A stretch of 64,000 nt of DNA from Chara braunii (GCA_003427395.1 BFEA01000004.1:806316-870315), one strand, 5' to 3'; numbered from the stretch's first letter, positions 13,053-25,158 are shown. Numbers and translations are program-made. The notes: generated by a model not told the origin, from the sequence alone.

Positions 13053-13850
13053 NNNNNNNNNNNNNNNNNNNNNNNNNNNNNNNNNNNNNNNNNNNNNNNN
13101 NNNNNNNNNNNNNNNNNNNNNNNNNNNNNNNNNNNNNNNNNNNNNNNNNNNNNNNNNNNNNNNNNNNNNNNNNNNNNNNNNNNNNNNNNNNNNNNNNNNN
13201 NNNNNNNNNNNNNNNNNNNNNNNNNNNNNNNNNNNNNNNNNNNNNNNNNNNNNNNNNNNNNNNNNNNNNNNNNNNNNNNNNNNNNNNNNNNNNNNNNNNN
13301 NNNNNNNNNNNNNNNNNNNNNNNNNNNNNNNNNNNNNNNNNNNNNNNNNNNNNNNNNNNNNNNNNNNNNNNNNNNNNNNNNNNNNNNNNNNNNNTGTGTG
13401 TGTGTGTGTGTGTGTGTGTGTGCCTTTCCGCTGACGAAAGGCCGCGCTATCGACAAGCTCTCTCTCTCTCTCTCTCCCCCAACAAACGACGGGCTGGACG
13501 TGGAAGCGGGGCGATGGCAGGCGGGAAGACTGTACGCCGCACGTGCAAGTACCCACCGGCCACCGCGCGGCGGGAAACCGCCTGTCCTTTTTTTTTTTTT
13601 TTTTTTTTTTTCCCTCTTTTGTTTGTCCGTCCGTACAGCTCTTTTTTTTCCCTCTTTTGTTTGTCCGTCCGTACAGCTCGCCCAAACGGTCATAACCTAT
13701 GTCCGCCTTCTTACTACCGGCCTTGTCCCGACTGGGCCCGCGAGGCCTTCATGAAAAAGACCTACCGAACCGCCCCCGAGGCCCTGCAGTCGCGGCGCGT
13801 ATACGGGAAGAGCCCGCGGCCGATGTATGGCCCAGGTACTGGTGGTTTAA
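12732..13850. mobile_element. Non-autonomous DNA transposon with TTAA target duplication (piggyBac/Kolobok-like); contains an N gap
   Basis: TTAA|ACCACCAGTACCTCGGCCA ... TGGCCCAGGTACTGGTGGT|TTAA. Confidence 0.7.
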
Positions 13851-15208
13851 GCAAGGCTGGGGCCGTGTACTGACGGTGTTCAACTCATAGTCGATCCTTC
13901 TAAATGAAGCAATCAAAATGCTGTCACAGATATCCGGGCCGTAAAGTGGAGATAGCATCACAGATTCACAGTTACACAGTACCTTTACCCGCCCGCGAAA
14001 CATATATGCGTCCGTATGCGGCTGCAACTTTCCGGGCCAGGCCGCCCTTGATAATTTTCATAGACGGTCAATATTACCTTCCCGCCCTCCGACAATCGCG
14101 GAGAGGGGCTCGCGGCTGATATATGGGAAAGGTGCTGGTGCTTTAATGAAGCAGAAAAGATAAATCAGAAAACACCATGTCTGCTTCAGAAAGCAGAAGC
14201 ATGCAATATATGAATAGATGCAAAGAAGTGCCTTTTTTTTTGAAAAAAAAACAACAACTTTATGATTCTTTGTTCCACTGCCTATTGTGTCAAAACACAC
14301 CCCACGAGAAGTACTTTAAAAAAAACAGGAGAAAAACTAAAACAAAGACTAACACTACACATAAAAACTCCAAATAAAATACACATAACCAACGGAATTG
14401 CGTGAAATATGTAAATTGATCTAATTGAGGCATTTTTTTTGTACTTTTTTTTTTCTTTTTTTTTCGTGATTATTCGCCAATTTCTTTGACTACGATATTC
14501 AAAAAACACAGGTGATACACTGAAACATTTCGGATGATGCTAAAGATGGGGCACACTGAAAAATAACGAGGCCTTACGAGAGTACAATCACCAATAGGCA
14601 GTGGGGCAAAGAATCAAAAGTTCCGGATTTTCAAACAAAAATGCAGTGGGAGGTGAAATCACCAATAAATGCATCCATAATGCAATCACCAATATAAAAA
14701 AAAAAAAAAGCATCCAAATTTTCAAACAAAAATGCAAGGTGAAATCAGGCAATTACGGCTTTGACTCGGCAAAGGAAAGGAAGGAAAAATGAAACAGGAA
14801 TAAAAGGAAAAAGAAAAGAGACGTGGGGAATGCAAAACAAGCAAATTTGCTTGTACAAGAACGGTGACAAGACTCGGCTTGGAAACGAGCTCTACCTCTG
14901 TTTTCAACTCTAGTGTACCTCTCATTCAAATAGCGAATAACTACCGTCTTCCCCCCACAAACAATGCACCGACAAACCATACCAACTACCTCTTCTGAGA
15001 AACGACTTCATTACAGTTCACATAAGAACCTTGTCATCATCACATATACACAAATTTTTACATAAACAGTCCCCAATGCTCAACCTCCCCATTGCCACGA
15101 CTTTGGGACAGGTGTGTAGGCCAAGCAGCATCTGCCAGTCTAAAGAGTCCAATAATCTGCAATAACGGAAGTGCATGGTCTCTGTACTGTCAGCAGTCAA
15201 ATGTCATG

Positions 15209-15243
<35 letters not shown>

Positions 15244-15252
15244 AAAGCGCAT

Positions 15253-15295
<43 letters not shown>

Positions 15296-15330
15296 CACAA
15301 AAGCGTGTGTGCATGTGCACCCCCTTCCGC

Positions 15331-15364
<34 letters not shown>

Positions 15365-15465
15365 CACAAAAGCATGTGTGCATGTGCACTCCCTTCCGCC
15401 CTTCTCTCTCTCTCTCTCTCGCTTGAGCACACAAAAGCGTGTCTGCGTGTGCACCCCCTTCCACC
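15209..15465. repeat. (CT)n tracts alternating with a ~40-bp unit CACACAAAAGCGTGTGTGCATGTGCACCCCCTTCC
   Basis: Three to four units visible. Confidence 0.8.
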
Positions 15466-15748
15466 CTCTTACCCCTCTACAATTGACAAGCTGGCAAGAA
15501 TTCATGGAAATTCTTGCAAAACGCTGAAACCAACAGATGGCCAATCTGACCTTTCAAACCCGAACGTCTATCAGATAATCGAGATCAACTTCCAGGTGCC
15601 ATATTGCTTGGACGCCCAGCTCCAAAACTCCACCCATCGCTGTCATCTTTAAAACCTCTAAAAGAGGAACAATGGGAAGAAGCAGAGGCTGTATTCTTCC
15701 CCATATAACTTCTGTTTCTTTTCCACTACAGCTAAACATAGACACATC

Positions 15749-15815
<67 letters not shown>

Positions 15816-16527
15816 GCGCACTTAGAAGTTACCATCTGTGCACTTGGGTCACCTTCATCTGGCCTCTACCTCCCTGTGTGCACTGCTCCTCGTTAATGTC
15901 TCGTTGATGCCTTATCCATTGGAGAGGAAGCCATTGTGCTTTCCTCCAGGAAACCGTTAGCATGAGCTGTAGCCAGCAGACGGAACCAACACGACTTTGA
16001 GGCTGGCAACCACCCCTTTGCTACGCCCTCCGCTTCTCCCCTCCATGCACTTCTGCTAACTCATAAGGTGCATAATGTACAGCATACAGTACACAAGCTG
16101 TGGCTGGACTGATTTTGCTGTGATTGCACGCTGATTACTAGAGAGGAAATGGAAGCAAGCTGTCATTCATCCACCATATGACAACAGTGAAAAGTATCAA
16201 GGACTTGTTTTTTTTTACACATCACGCTTGTACCCTCCACTTACCACCACATCACATGTACCATTGGCCAGAATGCCAACGAAGGTCCCATCCGCAAGAG
16301 AGAAATCTGCAGTACCTAGCTGCCACAAGAGCGTCTCCTTCAGCATCTTCTCCCTCCCTTCTCTCATTCTCCAGCATGAATCAGCTGCGACAGCTCTGCA
16401 CGTACAGCTTGCAAAATAAATTACTCGTCAAATCGTGTTTGTACTGCATATACACTGTCTTCACCAGAGGACAGGCAACACCGAAAGGCCAGACTACAAG
16501 GGACTTGTCTCATTTTGTGCTCAGCGT

Positions 16528-16822
16528 TTAGTCTACAGAACGAACCATGAGCCAGAACGCCAACAAAGGTCCCATCAGCAAGAGAGAAACCGGTAGTAGC
16601 TGCCACATGAGCTTCTCCTTCGGCGTCTCCTCCCTTTTCTCGTTTTCCGGCACGACGTAGCTGCCATAGCTCTGCATGTACAGCGTGTAAAATGGATTGC
16701 TCATCAAATCATTGCTCCCAGGCAGATCAGACGATCCGTAAAGAAACTGGCGCGCCTTCCTCTTGACGGCCGGGAATGGATGCGCAGTCAGAATCTTATA
16801 CAAAACCTTGGCTTCCTCTAAC
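16528..16822 (-). CDS. Last coding exon of a host TPR-like protein with C-terminal transmembrane helix
   Basis: Acceptor ctcgcag|G. Encodes (R)LEEAKVLYKILTAHPFPAVKRKARQFLYG...LLPVSLLLMGPLLAFWLMV; TAA at 16528-16530. Resembles, from memory, a conserved uncharacterised plant family (At2g38780-like, HP..V.KKARQ motif). Confidence 0.8.
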
Positions 16823-16907
16823 CTGCGAGGAGACATACGATAGATGGAAAAAGCAAATCATGTTACTCATTCAAATGACAAAGCAAATAGCAGGAATCTG
16901 AGATGCA

Positions 16908-17090
16908 CTCACTCTCACTCACACTCACTCACACTCACTCACACTCACACTCACTCACTCACACTCACACTCACATTCACACTCACACTCACACACTCAC
17001 TCACTCACTCACTCACACTCACTCACACTCACACTCACACTCACACTCACACTCGTTCACTCACTCACTCACTCACCCTCACTCACACTC
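16908..17090. repeat. (CACT/CACACT)n microsatellite
   Basis: Visible directly in the sequence. Confidence 0.9.
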
Positions 17091-19067
17091 AAATTTTGCA
17101 TGGAGAGAGATGCAAGAAGACATGGTCTGACATAACCATGAATTTTGGATTCCTCGTCCTTAGCAAACACAAAACACTGTCATCAAGCTAGTAAAGTGAG
17201 AGTCTTCATCACACAGCCCTTCTGCTCTCAATGGCTCGGACTTGGGCATTGGGCTAACGAAGTACCTCCACTCAATTCAAACACTGATCAAGAAAACAGA
17301 AAACATGTCAACAGGAAAAACAGACAAGAAAAAGAGAAGACAATAAAGAAAAGCCGGTGCTCGTGGTGCAATGATGGTTATGTCCTCGTCCTCTGTTTCT
17401 CAGAAATTTCGTGGAGTGCGCTTGTTGTTTCTGTCTTTAGTCTTACGACTCTTCGGCATGACTGACCAACTACTTCCAGATGCCAAAGGACAAGCATGTC
17501 CTCCTTTTGGTGCTTTTGCTTGCGGAATGGCTGCTGCAGGTCAGGTGGGAATCCCTGCCTACTACGCCGCCCTGATTCTCCCGGAGCATCCGTTAAACTG
17601 CTGTTGGACCCGACCATGGCTGGGACGTGGAGAGAGAAGCTTGCACTAAACTTGCTACCAATGGGAGGGAAAGACCACATCATCCACGATTACCAGAAAA
17701 AGAAAAGAGAGAAAATCTTAAATAGGAAACAAATGGTCACGATGAGAAAGGGAGGTGCAGCTACTGGCAAAATGCTCTCACCCCCACCCCATCTATGACA
17801 CCGCTGTTGTGCGGGGGGGGGGGGGGGGGGGGGGCAACATGATTTACCTCGTTCGCAAGGCCCTATGCTTGCAGGGGTTCCCTCTATAAATAGTCTTAGG
17901 AGTAGTGGTAGGAAGGTAGTGAAAGGCAAAAAGAAATTTGAGAGAATGCAAGGTTCACCACGTGCATGTGGTGGGTGGGTGTCAGCTCCCACAAACTCGT
18001 CCACAAAAGCACACTGCCACAGAAAAAGAAAAGTGAGAAAGCTACAGCAGAAAAGTGGGCAACGAAAGGAAAGGAATGAAGACAGACGAGTACAAAGGTG
18101 ATGGGAATTTTGAATTCGACAAGCGGGGACAATTGACAATCTTCTTCTTCTTCTTTTAGAGAGGAGGGGAAGGGGGAGGGGGGGGGGGGGGAAGGGGAGG
18201 GAAGGGGGGGACCACCTCAGAATCAAGAAGACAGGGAACTTAGAATTTGACACAGGTGAATAGTGGTCGAAACAGGGAACTTGGAAGACAGAATAGAGAA
18301 ACCCCACAGGTCTAGTGGACGCCCATACAAACTTGCAATGAGGATGATCACATCCAAGCCACACCCGCACATGTCCAGATCCAGACCCCAATTTCGGTCT
18401 GTATATCATCCAAACATCCTGATTGATCTTTACCCACGGCTCTTCAATTTGACTTTAAAAAAAACTCAAAGTTGGCTATGCGTTTCAGGATGGGCATCAT
18501 TTGCATTGCAATGCTCAATAACCACATACAGATTTTTATTTTATGAGCGATTGCCAGTCACGGCTACACTAAGCAGTAGCAAGTAGCAGCAGGGAACATT
18601 GTGCCATTGTGTTCTGCGATGTGCATGGTGTGGTGATATGTGTGCTGGCTGCAGTTATACGTCTGCTGGACACTGCAGTACCAATGTGTGCTTCATTCCA
18701 GTACCACGTGTAATGGGTCCAGTGCTATCTGTGCGAGGCCTCCGGTGCTATGCAGGTTAGGTGTGCTGCTATGTGGGCTGAATGCAGTACTATGTACAAT
18801 GCCAGCTGGGCTGGATGCACTGTGCTATGTGGTGCAGCACTTCGTGGGGTAGATGGGTGTGGTGGCATGGTGTGGCAAGCATGGCTCCTCAGCCTTGGAT
18901 CAAAGACCTGCCAGATTGTGCAGCCCTCATTTTGGGCACCCTTGGGGGCCATTGTACTGATTCTGGCCCTTGTGTCTACTTTGTTTTGGGCAGCGTGTTT
19001 TTTTCTTTCTTTCGTCTTCCCAAAAAAACTGAAAAGAAACTATACTGTATTGTGGAAACAGCATGCC

Positions 19068-19181
19068 TTAAACCACCGGTTGGTGCGTCCTACCGGTTGG
19101 TGCGGCCATTAACGCAGTAGCCGAAACGGTCTGCCCCTCAGGTGCATATTCATGCGACCCGGGTAGGTACTGGTGGTTAAA
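19068..19181. mobile_element. ~106-bp mini-copy of the TTAA/ACCACC-TIR family
   Basis: TTAA|ACCACCGGT ... AGGTACTGGTGGT|TAAA; right end matches that of 12732-13850. Confidence 0.55.
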
Positions 19182-19938
19182 CGTAAATTTCACTCGATGA
19201 CTGAGAAAGGATTTGCCACTGGTCTATCCATGATAGACATGCTTCGACTGTTGCTGCTGGGGCTTCTCTACTGCCTTTTTCCGTACGAAACTCCTCTCAG
19301 CCTTGCGAGGCAGCTTGATATCACTTTTCCATTCCAGAGTTGCTAAGTTGATATCACATTTGGAAGCAGTGTTTGCCCTATGTTGCAACTGTCATACCCT
19401 AAAATACAAGCCTCAACAAACAGCCACAAAAATCTCCCTAAGTCAGATGTACCAAGCCGGCAGATATCCATAAAAAATAGGATGCTCCAAACAAAAGCAG
19501 CTGCTGTTGTGTAGCCACTTCCCTTGTGATGAAGGTTGACCATCCACCAGAAGCCGGATAAACTGTTTGCTGCAGTATGCTGCCTTTAAGTTGGTTGTAG
19601 GTTAATCTATCTGACTCTAAGTCGACCGTCGGTTAATTTATCCGACTCTTAAGTTGATGCTTGTCAAACCGAGCGTACTACGTACTCGGTCAGAAAACTG
19701 TGTTCCTGTTAAGCTTCCAGATGAATGGGCTCTGCTCTTCCTTCCATGTAAGCATCAGATGACCCACAGCCAGGGTTACGACCTTCCCCGCTCCCCAAAC
19801 ATTCTGGGCAGTGTGAGTTACTCTTGTCCTTCTCTGTTATGTTTGTGTTCTTTATTTCGTTTCTGAGATGTTTGTCTGTTCTGGCCTTGTCTGGGTTCGG
19901 ACAGTGCCGTTTCAGAGTATGCTGGCTGGTCTTTTTTT

Positions 19939-19981
<43 letters not shown>

Positions 19982-20540
19982 CATTTCGAACCAGTGGCAT
20001 ACTGGTGCTCCCAAGTTTCAGGCGTCATTCAGCCCCAGGGGCCTTCTGCACATGGTCGGACCAACAAAACAGGATCGTCCTGTAGCGACTGGTCCAGTCC
20101 TCGTCCTATTAGGGCCAGCCCTGCTGCATCAGCAGGATGCCTGGACATCCAACAGGGACCCACTAGGGCCTGCATCCAGGACCGGCAATCATAGGACGGA
20201 TCCTACAGCCCTACGTGGAGGGAGCAGGCACTTCCAGTAGGCCCAGCGGCATATAGCTGGGCCAGCACTCAGCCACCGATCACAGATTTCAACTCGGCAC
20301 CCGGCTGCTGGACTGCAGCGCCAGAGCCAGTGTTAGTGGGTAGAGGTCAGCGCAGAAGTAGAGGGGCTAGAAGGGTATTCAGGCGAGTGTGGAGATTGTG
20401 CAGCAGCATTGGACAGAGGAGCACTTACCTGGGCGTCATAGCTGGGAGACTCGAGTGCCAGCTGGAGCCGGACTCCACTCGGCAATCTGCTGCAGTTCAA
20501 GGCGGTACCTTTCACACATCAAATATGATGTGTGTGTGTG

Positions 20541-20609
<69 letters not shown>

Positions 20610-21582
20610 GTAAGAAGATACATATTTCTTCTTCTTATTATTATTCATATTCTCTTCATCCCTTCCATATCTACCTCCTTGGTTTCCAGAGAGATGGGAG
20701 ACTTGGCAACTATTTCAGGAAGGCTTCTCCCAGGTTCAGAATCAACATTGTATTTGGGGCTATTGGGGGTTGGGGGGGATTGCTATCAGGTCAACTACTA
20801 TATTATCGACTTTCTCTCTCCTCATCCTCGTCTCTCTCCTCATCATCTATGACCATCTCTCCCCATCTGCGTGATACACCAGGCGGGACTTCGCCTATGT
20901 ATGTCTCCCCTCCTTGTGGCTCGAGTGTCCATTGGTGAGTGGATGTGTCTGAGTCACACGGATCAGATTGATTAATTTCCAGACTTCTCTGCTGCATTGT
21001 ATTCGCATCTTTCGTCACTTTGGTTTCTGCTCATTGCCCATCTGTTGATCCGCATGCATCACATGGCGTGATACTATGTGTGCTGGCTGCCGCAGTATGT
21101 CTGCTGGCTGCATCACTCTTGGGCTGCATGCATATTAATTCCGTGTGGGTTTGAGAGCCCGCTTCAATATAGAGATTAATCGGACACTAGAGAAAAGGCT
21201 TGAGTCAAGTGAAGAGTGATAAGTAATGAGTAATGAACATATTAAAATATTATTAATTCAATAAGAGGTTAATTAAATTAGGGGACTAGATTTAATTTAA
21301 TTTAAACATACGGTAGCCTGCCGTTCATTCTGCCGATTAGGCGAGGCTACGGTGCCCGGGGTGGGCTGAACTACTGGGCTGGGTGCAGTAGTGGGATGGG
21401 TCAAGTAGTATTTGAGCTGACTGCAGTACCATGTAGGCTGGGGGAAGGAAGTACTACGTGGCCTGGGGATGGTACTATGTAAGCTGGTTGTGTGCTACTA
21501 TGTGGGTACAGTGCAGTACTAGAGCTGCCCGGTAAACTGTGGGCAGAGAGGGAGAAGACGACAAGAAACGAGGGGCTGTGAC

Positions 21583-21642
21583 AAACTGTTTCGTCGGATT
21601 TTCACCTACCTACTCATCAGGAGGCTGAACCCTCAACAGTCT
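21583..21642 (-). ncRNA. Type III hammerhead ribozyme, degenerate copy (stem II disrupted by a 4-nt duplication)
   Basis: Minus strand AGACUGUU GAGG GUUCAG CCUC CUGAUGA GUAGGUAGGUGAAAAUCCGAC GAAA CAGUUU. Confidence 0.7.
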
Positions 21643-21940
21643 CCAGCTGTGACAGACCTTTCTTTGTTTCGTGGGTGTTTTGCTGGCTTGTGATGGGGTG
21701 TGAACCGAGAGTCTGTAGAGTTTTCCATCTGGTGTGGGTGACTGATAGTCTGCTTCGATTTTTGTCACAGGTACCTTGAGGGCAGTGGTTAGTGCCCACC
21801 TCAGGGTATCAGTTGCCGGGCAGTCGTTGATGGTTAACCACAGCCAGGATATATATATATATATATATATATAGTCAAACAGAGCTGCCCGGTAAACTGT
21901 AGGCAGAGAGGGAGAAGAGGACAACAAACGAGGGGCTGTG

Positions 21941-22000
21941 GCAAACTGTTTCGTCAGAGTTTCACCGACTCATCAGGAGGCTGAACCCTCAACAGTCTGC
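21941..22000 (-). ncRNA. Type III hammerhead ribozyme, intact
   Basis: Minus strand GCAGACUGU-U / GAGG GUUCAG CCUC / CUGAUGA / GUCGG UGAAACU CUGAC / GAA-ACAGUUUGC. Complete catalytic core, 9-bp stem III, 4-bp stem I, 5-bp stem II, GUU cleavage triplet. Confidence 0.88.
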
Positions 22001-22547
22001 AGAATCCCCTAACTGATTACACTGTAAGTGATAATCCACCTTAACCCTGGCTGTGGTTAAGCATCAACGACTGCCCGACAACTGATACCCTGAGGTGTGC
22101 ACCAACCACTGCCCTCAAGGTACCTGTGGCAAAAGTCAAAGCAGAGTATCACTCACCCACACCAGATGGAAAACTCTACAGACTGTCGGTTCACACCCCA
22201 TCACAAGCAAGCAAAACACCCACAAAACAAAGGAAGGTCTGTCACAGCCAAGTCAAACAGAGCTGCCCGGTAAACCGTAGGCAGAGAGCGAGAAGAGGAC
22301 TACTAACGAGGGGCTGGGACAAACTGTTTCGAAGTATAGGTCACATATCGTCACATGAATATCAGAGCGCAAAGGTGAAAAAAACAGAAGAAAACAAGAA
22401 AAAAATAATTCGTTTTTTTATCTTCTTTCTTACAACTCCCCCTGTTCAGAACCTCTTGCGTACAAGGCCGCCCACGTGAATGTAGGTTGAGCGGCGGCTG
22501 CCCCCACCCCCGTGTGTCATATTGACCCACATATATATATACATATA

Positions 22548-22595
22548 TCAAACAGAGCTGCCCCGTAAACCATAGGCAGAGAGGGAGAAGATGAC
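22548..22595 (-). mobile_element. Further end fragment of the hammerhead repeat family, next to (TA)n
   Basis: TCAAACAGAGCTGCCCCGTAAACCATAGGCAGAGAGGGAGAAGA, preceded by ATATATATATACATATA. Confidence 0.8.
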
Positions 22596-23375
22596 TATAT
22601 ATTGTCACGTAAGTATGAACCAAGAGAGCACACTGATAAAAAACAAAAGACAAGGGCACAATAGTAGTTAAGACACTTTCTTGTTAGTTTTGGTGTGAGC
22701 ACAACTTTGTGCATGGCCTTCCCCAACATGGTCTTTCGGTTTTTCTTTTGCTTTGCAAACGGGTCCACATGGCCCAACTGCCAAGCCTCGTCCAACCCCA
22801 AAAAAGTTTGGAAAAAAATACGGTAACTGCCAGTTTTCCCATTTTTCCCAAGAGTGAGCGAGCTAGTAGTGATTTAAAAACTTTAAACCGGAAAAAAATC
22901 GAACAGATTCTTTCCCCGCCCACGTGGCTGAATGGTATACCTATGTAACTGCTGGTAAACAGATCTGAGATCAAATAATGACGGAAGCAAATGAGTACTA
23001 TAAAATAACTCCGAATTACCAAGTATTTTTGTTCATAGAACTGGCCGGTTCCGGGTAATTCTGAGTTTTTTTTTTTATTATTTGTTTACAAAAAAAAGCT
23101 CTCTTATAAGAGACACCACAAAACATGGTATTTTGTATCATCTTGTAAACAAATACCATATTGCCAAGAAATAAAAGAGGGACCACATTTTGTATTATAA
23201 GACAGACTATGAAACATGGTATTTCTTGACATTATGGTATGTTATTATATTACTCTTGTACACATGTTTTGTAGTCTCTCTTATTTCTTGCCTCGCTGAC
23301 TTATTCTCGGCAATATCATATTTTGTAGTGTGCTCGAGTCGAGAAAAGGTCTTTCGAAGCATGTGTCTGACTTAC

Positions 23376-23527
23376 CTGCCAAGTTTTTCAAGACAAGTAG
23401 CTTTTCCTATTGCCGCTTCACCATGCTCTCCAGTCTTGAATTCGCATTTGCCCATGGCTATCTCGAAATGCAAAAGTGCCTTTGCATACTGCTGCTCGCC
23501 CATCAGCCATTTACCGAACTTGAGTTC
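23376..23527 (-). CDS. Internal exon of the host TPR-like gene
   Basis: cag|GAACTC...GGCAG|gtaag. 152 bp encoding ELKFGKWLMGEQQYAKALLHFEIAMGKCEFKTGEHGEAAIGKATCLEKLG(R); phase matches both neighbouring exons. Confidence 0.8.
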
Positions 23528-24345
23528 CTGCTCCATTATGTCGAACGCATAACGAAAATTCCAAAGATATTAATCAACTTTAAATGAAAGCCCGACTGTG
23601 CATGGGCAATTCTTCTGCATAACTCAGATTTTGAAATAAACAATTATCCCAAAATGTAGAGCAGATGTGTAATGTTCGCAGGTCCTTTTTTTCCTGCTTT
23701 GATTTTCAAGTTTGTATTCTGAACATCACTGCGCTATGTCAAGTCTACTACCACTGTACGAGAGTAAGTAGTAGCGATCTTCATTTTAAAAAATAGTGAG
23801 ATGAATAATTGAAATGAAAGTGTGTATGATTTCTTTCAAATTCAGTCCACCACTTCCAGGCTGTCCAATCAAACTCATACAATAGACGTTGACAGAAGGC
23901 AAACAAGGAAGACTCCTCCCAAAGGTGACCCTGAAGATTAACATAGCCGTCCAAAAAGAAGAAAGATAACCATCCCCAAACCACGTCAGTTGTAGTGCCA
24001 TCAACAGGTGGGAGGGGGGGCCGGGGGGGGGGGGCAAAAGGAAGAACAATGCCAATATCCCAGAGACCTCAGAAAATTTTCACCGGACAACCCATGGCAG
24101 CCCTCCGTGCAGAGATCTTATGTCCAAACCCCCAGACTCCCACCCCAGAAAAAAACTGGTGGCCACCCACAGACATTACTTCATCAACAAGACGGCCCAT
24201 GCTACAAAACAGGGCAAAGAATTAGGCCATGTATAAAAAGCCAAACCAGCAAAAAACATCCATCCACAGAGAAAGAGTAACTCACTAGTATGAGCCCGAT
24301 CCTAACCGCTCAAATCTGCCAAGACAGAGAGCTAGCAAGACCGGA

Positions 24346-24380
<35 letters not shown>

Positions 24381-24426
24381 GTCATATTCGCTATATTTAA
24401 AATAAAAAAAAGCATGACTGCACCAG

Positions 24427-24459
24427 ACTGTTTCGTCAGACTTTCACCGACTCATCAGG
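24427..24459 (-). ncRNA. Truncated hammerhead core (CUGAUGA-stem II-GAAAC) of the same family
   Basis: Minus strand CCUGAUGAGUCGGUGAAAGUCUGACGAAACAGU; stem I is replaced by a dinucleotide repeat. Confidence 0.65.
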
Positions 24460-24870
24460 TGTGTGTGTGGTGGGGACTGCCAACAGAACGACCCCTTTTC
24501 TGCCCAGATGCAAAGAACCAAAATCAAAACAGCATGGGTCCAAAATTGAGACAGCCTTACATTGTAAACTTATATGAGATAATCTAAATCACTGCAATGT
24601 TTTGATGAAACGGCATTCGATTGATGTATTCTGAATGGTGCAAGGCCCACCACGCATGTGCAGTTAGGCGCATGGTGGGTACACACCCATTTGCCTTGCA
24701 GCACATCTGCAGCTCATATTTTGTCCGTTCCCTTCCAGAATGGTCATGCGAGAGGAAGAAAGAAATCGTCTGAGGAGAGAAAAACGTTTATGACTTTGAA
24801 GTTTGAAGGGACGGCAACATGACATTTCAGCATGTCAGAGTTAATCAGGATGAATGCAAATTCATTGCAC

Positions 24871-25005
24871 CTTCTTGATAGCGCCCAACAAGATATGTTC
24901 TTCGTGTGTTCTATTTATCTCTGCTACAAGCTCTGCTCGCCGTTCTTCCAGAAGCTGTTGTTTCTCCTCTTCGCTCGACGGGGGAGCTCTTCTCCTCTTG
25001 AAGCT
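24871..25005 (-). CDS. Internal exon of the host TPR-like gene
   Basis: ttgcag|AGC...AAG|gtgcaa. 135 bp, SFKRRRAPPSSEEEKQQLLEERRAELVAEINRTHEEHILLGAIKK; joins the next exon in phase 0. Confidence 0.7.
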
Positions 25006-25025
25006 CTGCAATTGGTGCCAATCGA

Positions 25026-25158
25026 AACAGAACAATTGGAATATAATCTTAGATTCGTAACAGAACAATTGGAATATAATCTTAGATTCTTAACAGAACA
25101 ATTGGAATATAATCTTAGATTCTTAACAGAACAATTGGAATATAATCTTAGATTCTTA
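25026..25158. repeat. 33-bp tandem repeat x4
   Basis: AACAGAACAATTGGAATATAATCTTAGATTCTT units. Confidence 0.92.

Larger units (their letters stand above)
21521..22331 (-). mobile_element. Hammerhead-bearing retrozyme/Penelope-pLTR-like repeat cluster (partial unit, inverted fragment, (TA)n, then a 1.2-mer of a 378-bp unit)
   Basis: Unit start GTCAAACAGAGCTGCC at 21874 and 22252 (period 378). 21646-21848 is the reverse complement of 22046-22248. (TA)n at 21849-21873. Confidence 0.8.

Noticed and set aside
12524-13873. Long ORFs of 199-446 aa
   Set aside because: Artefacts of the N gap and microsatellites.
22680-23070. Possible MITE
   Set aside because: Termini and TSD could not be defined.
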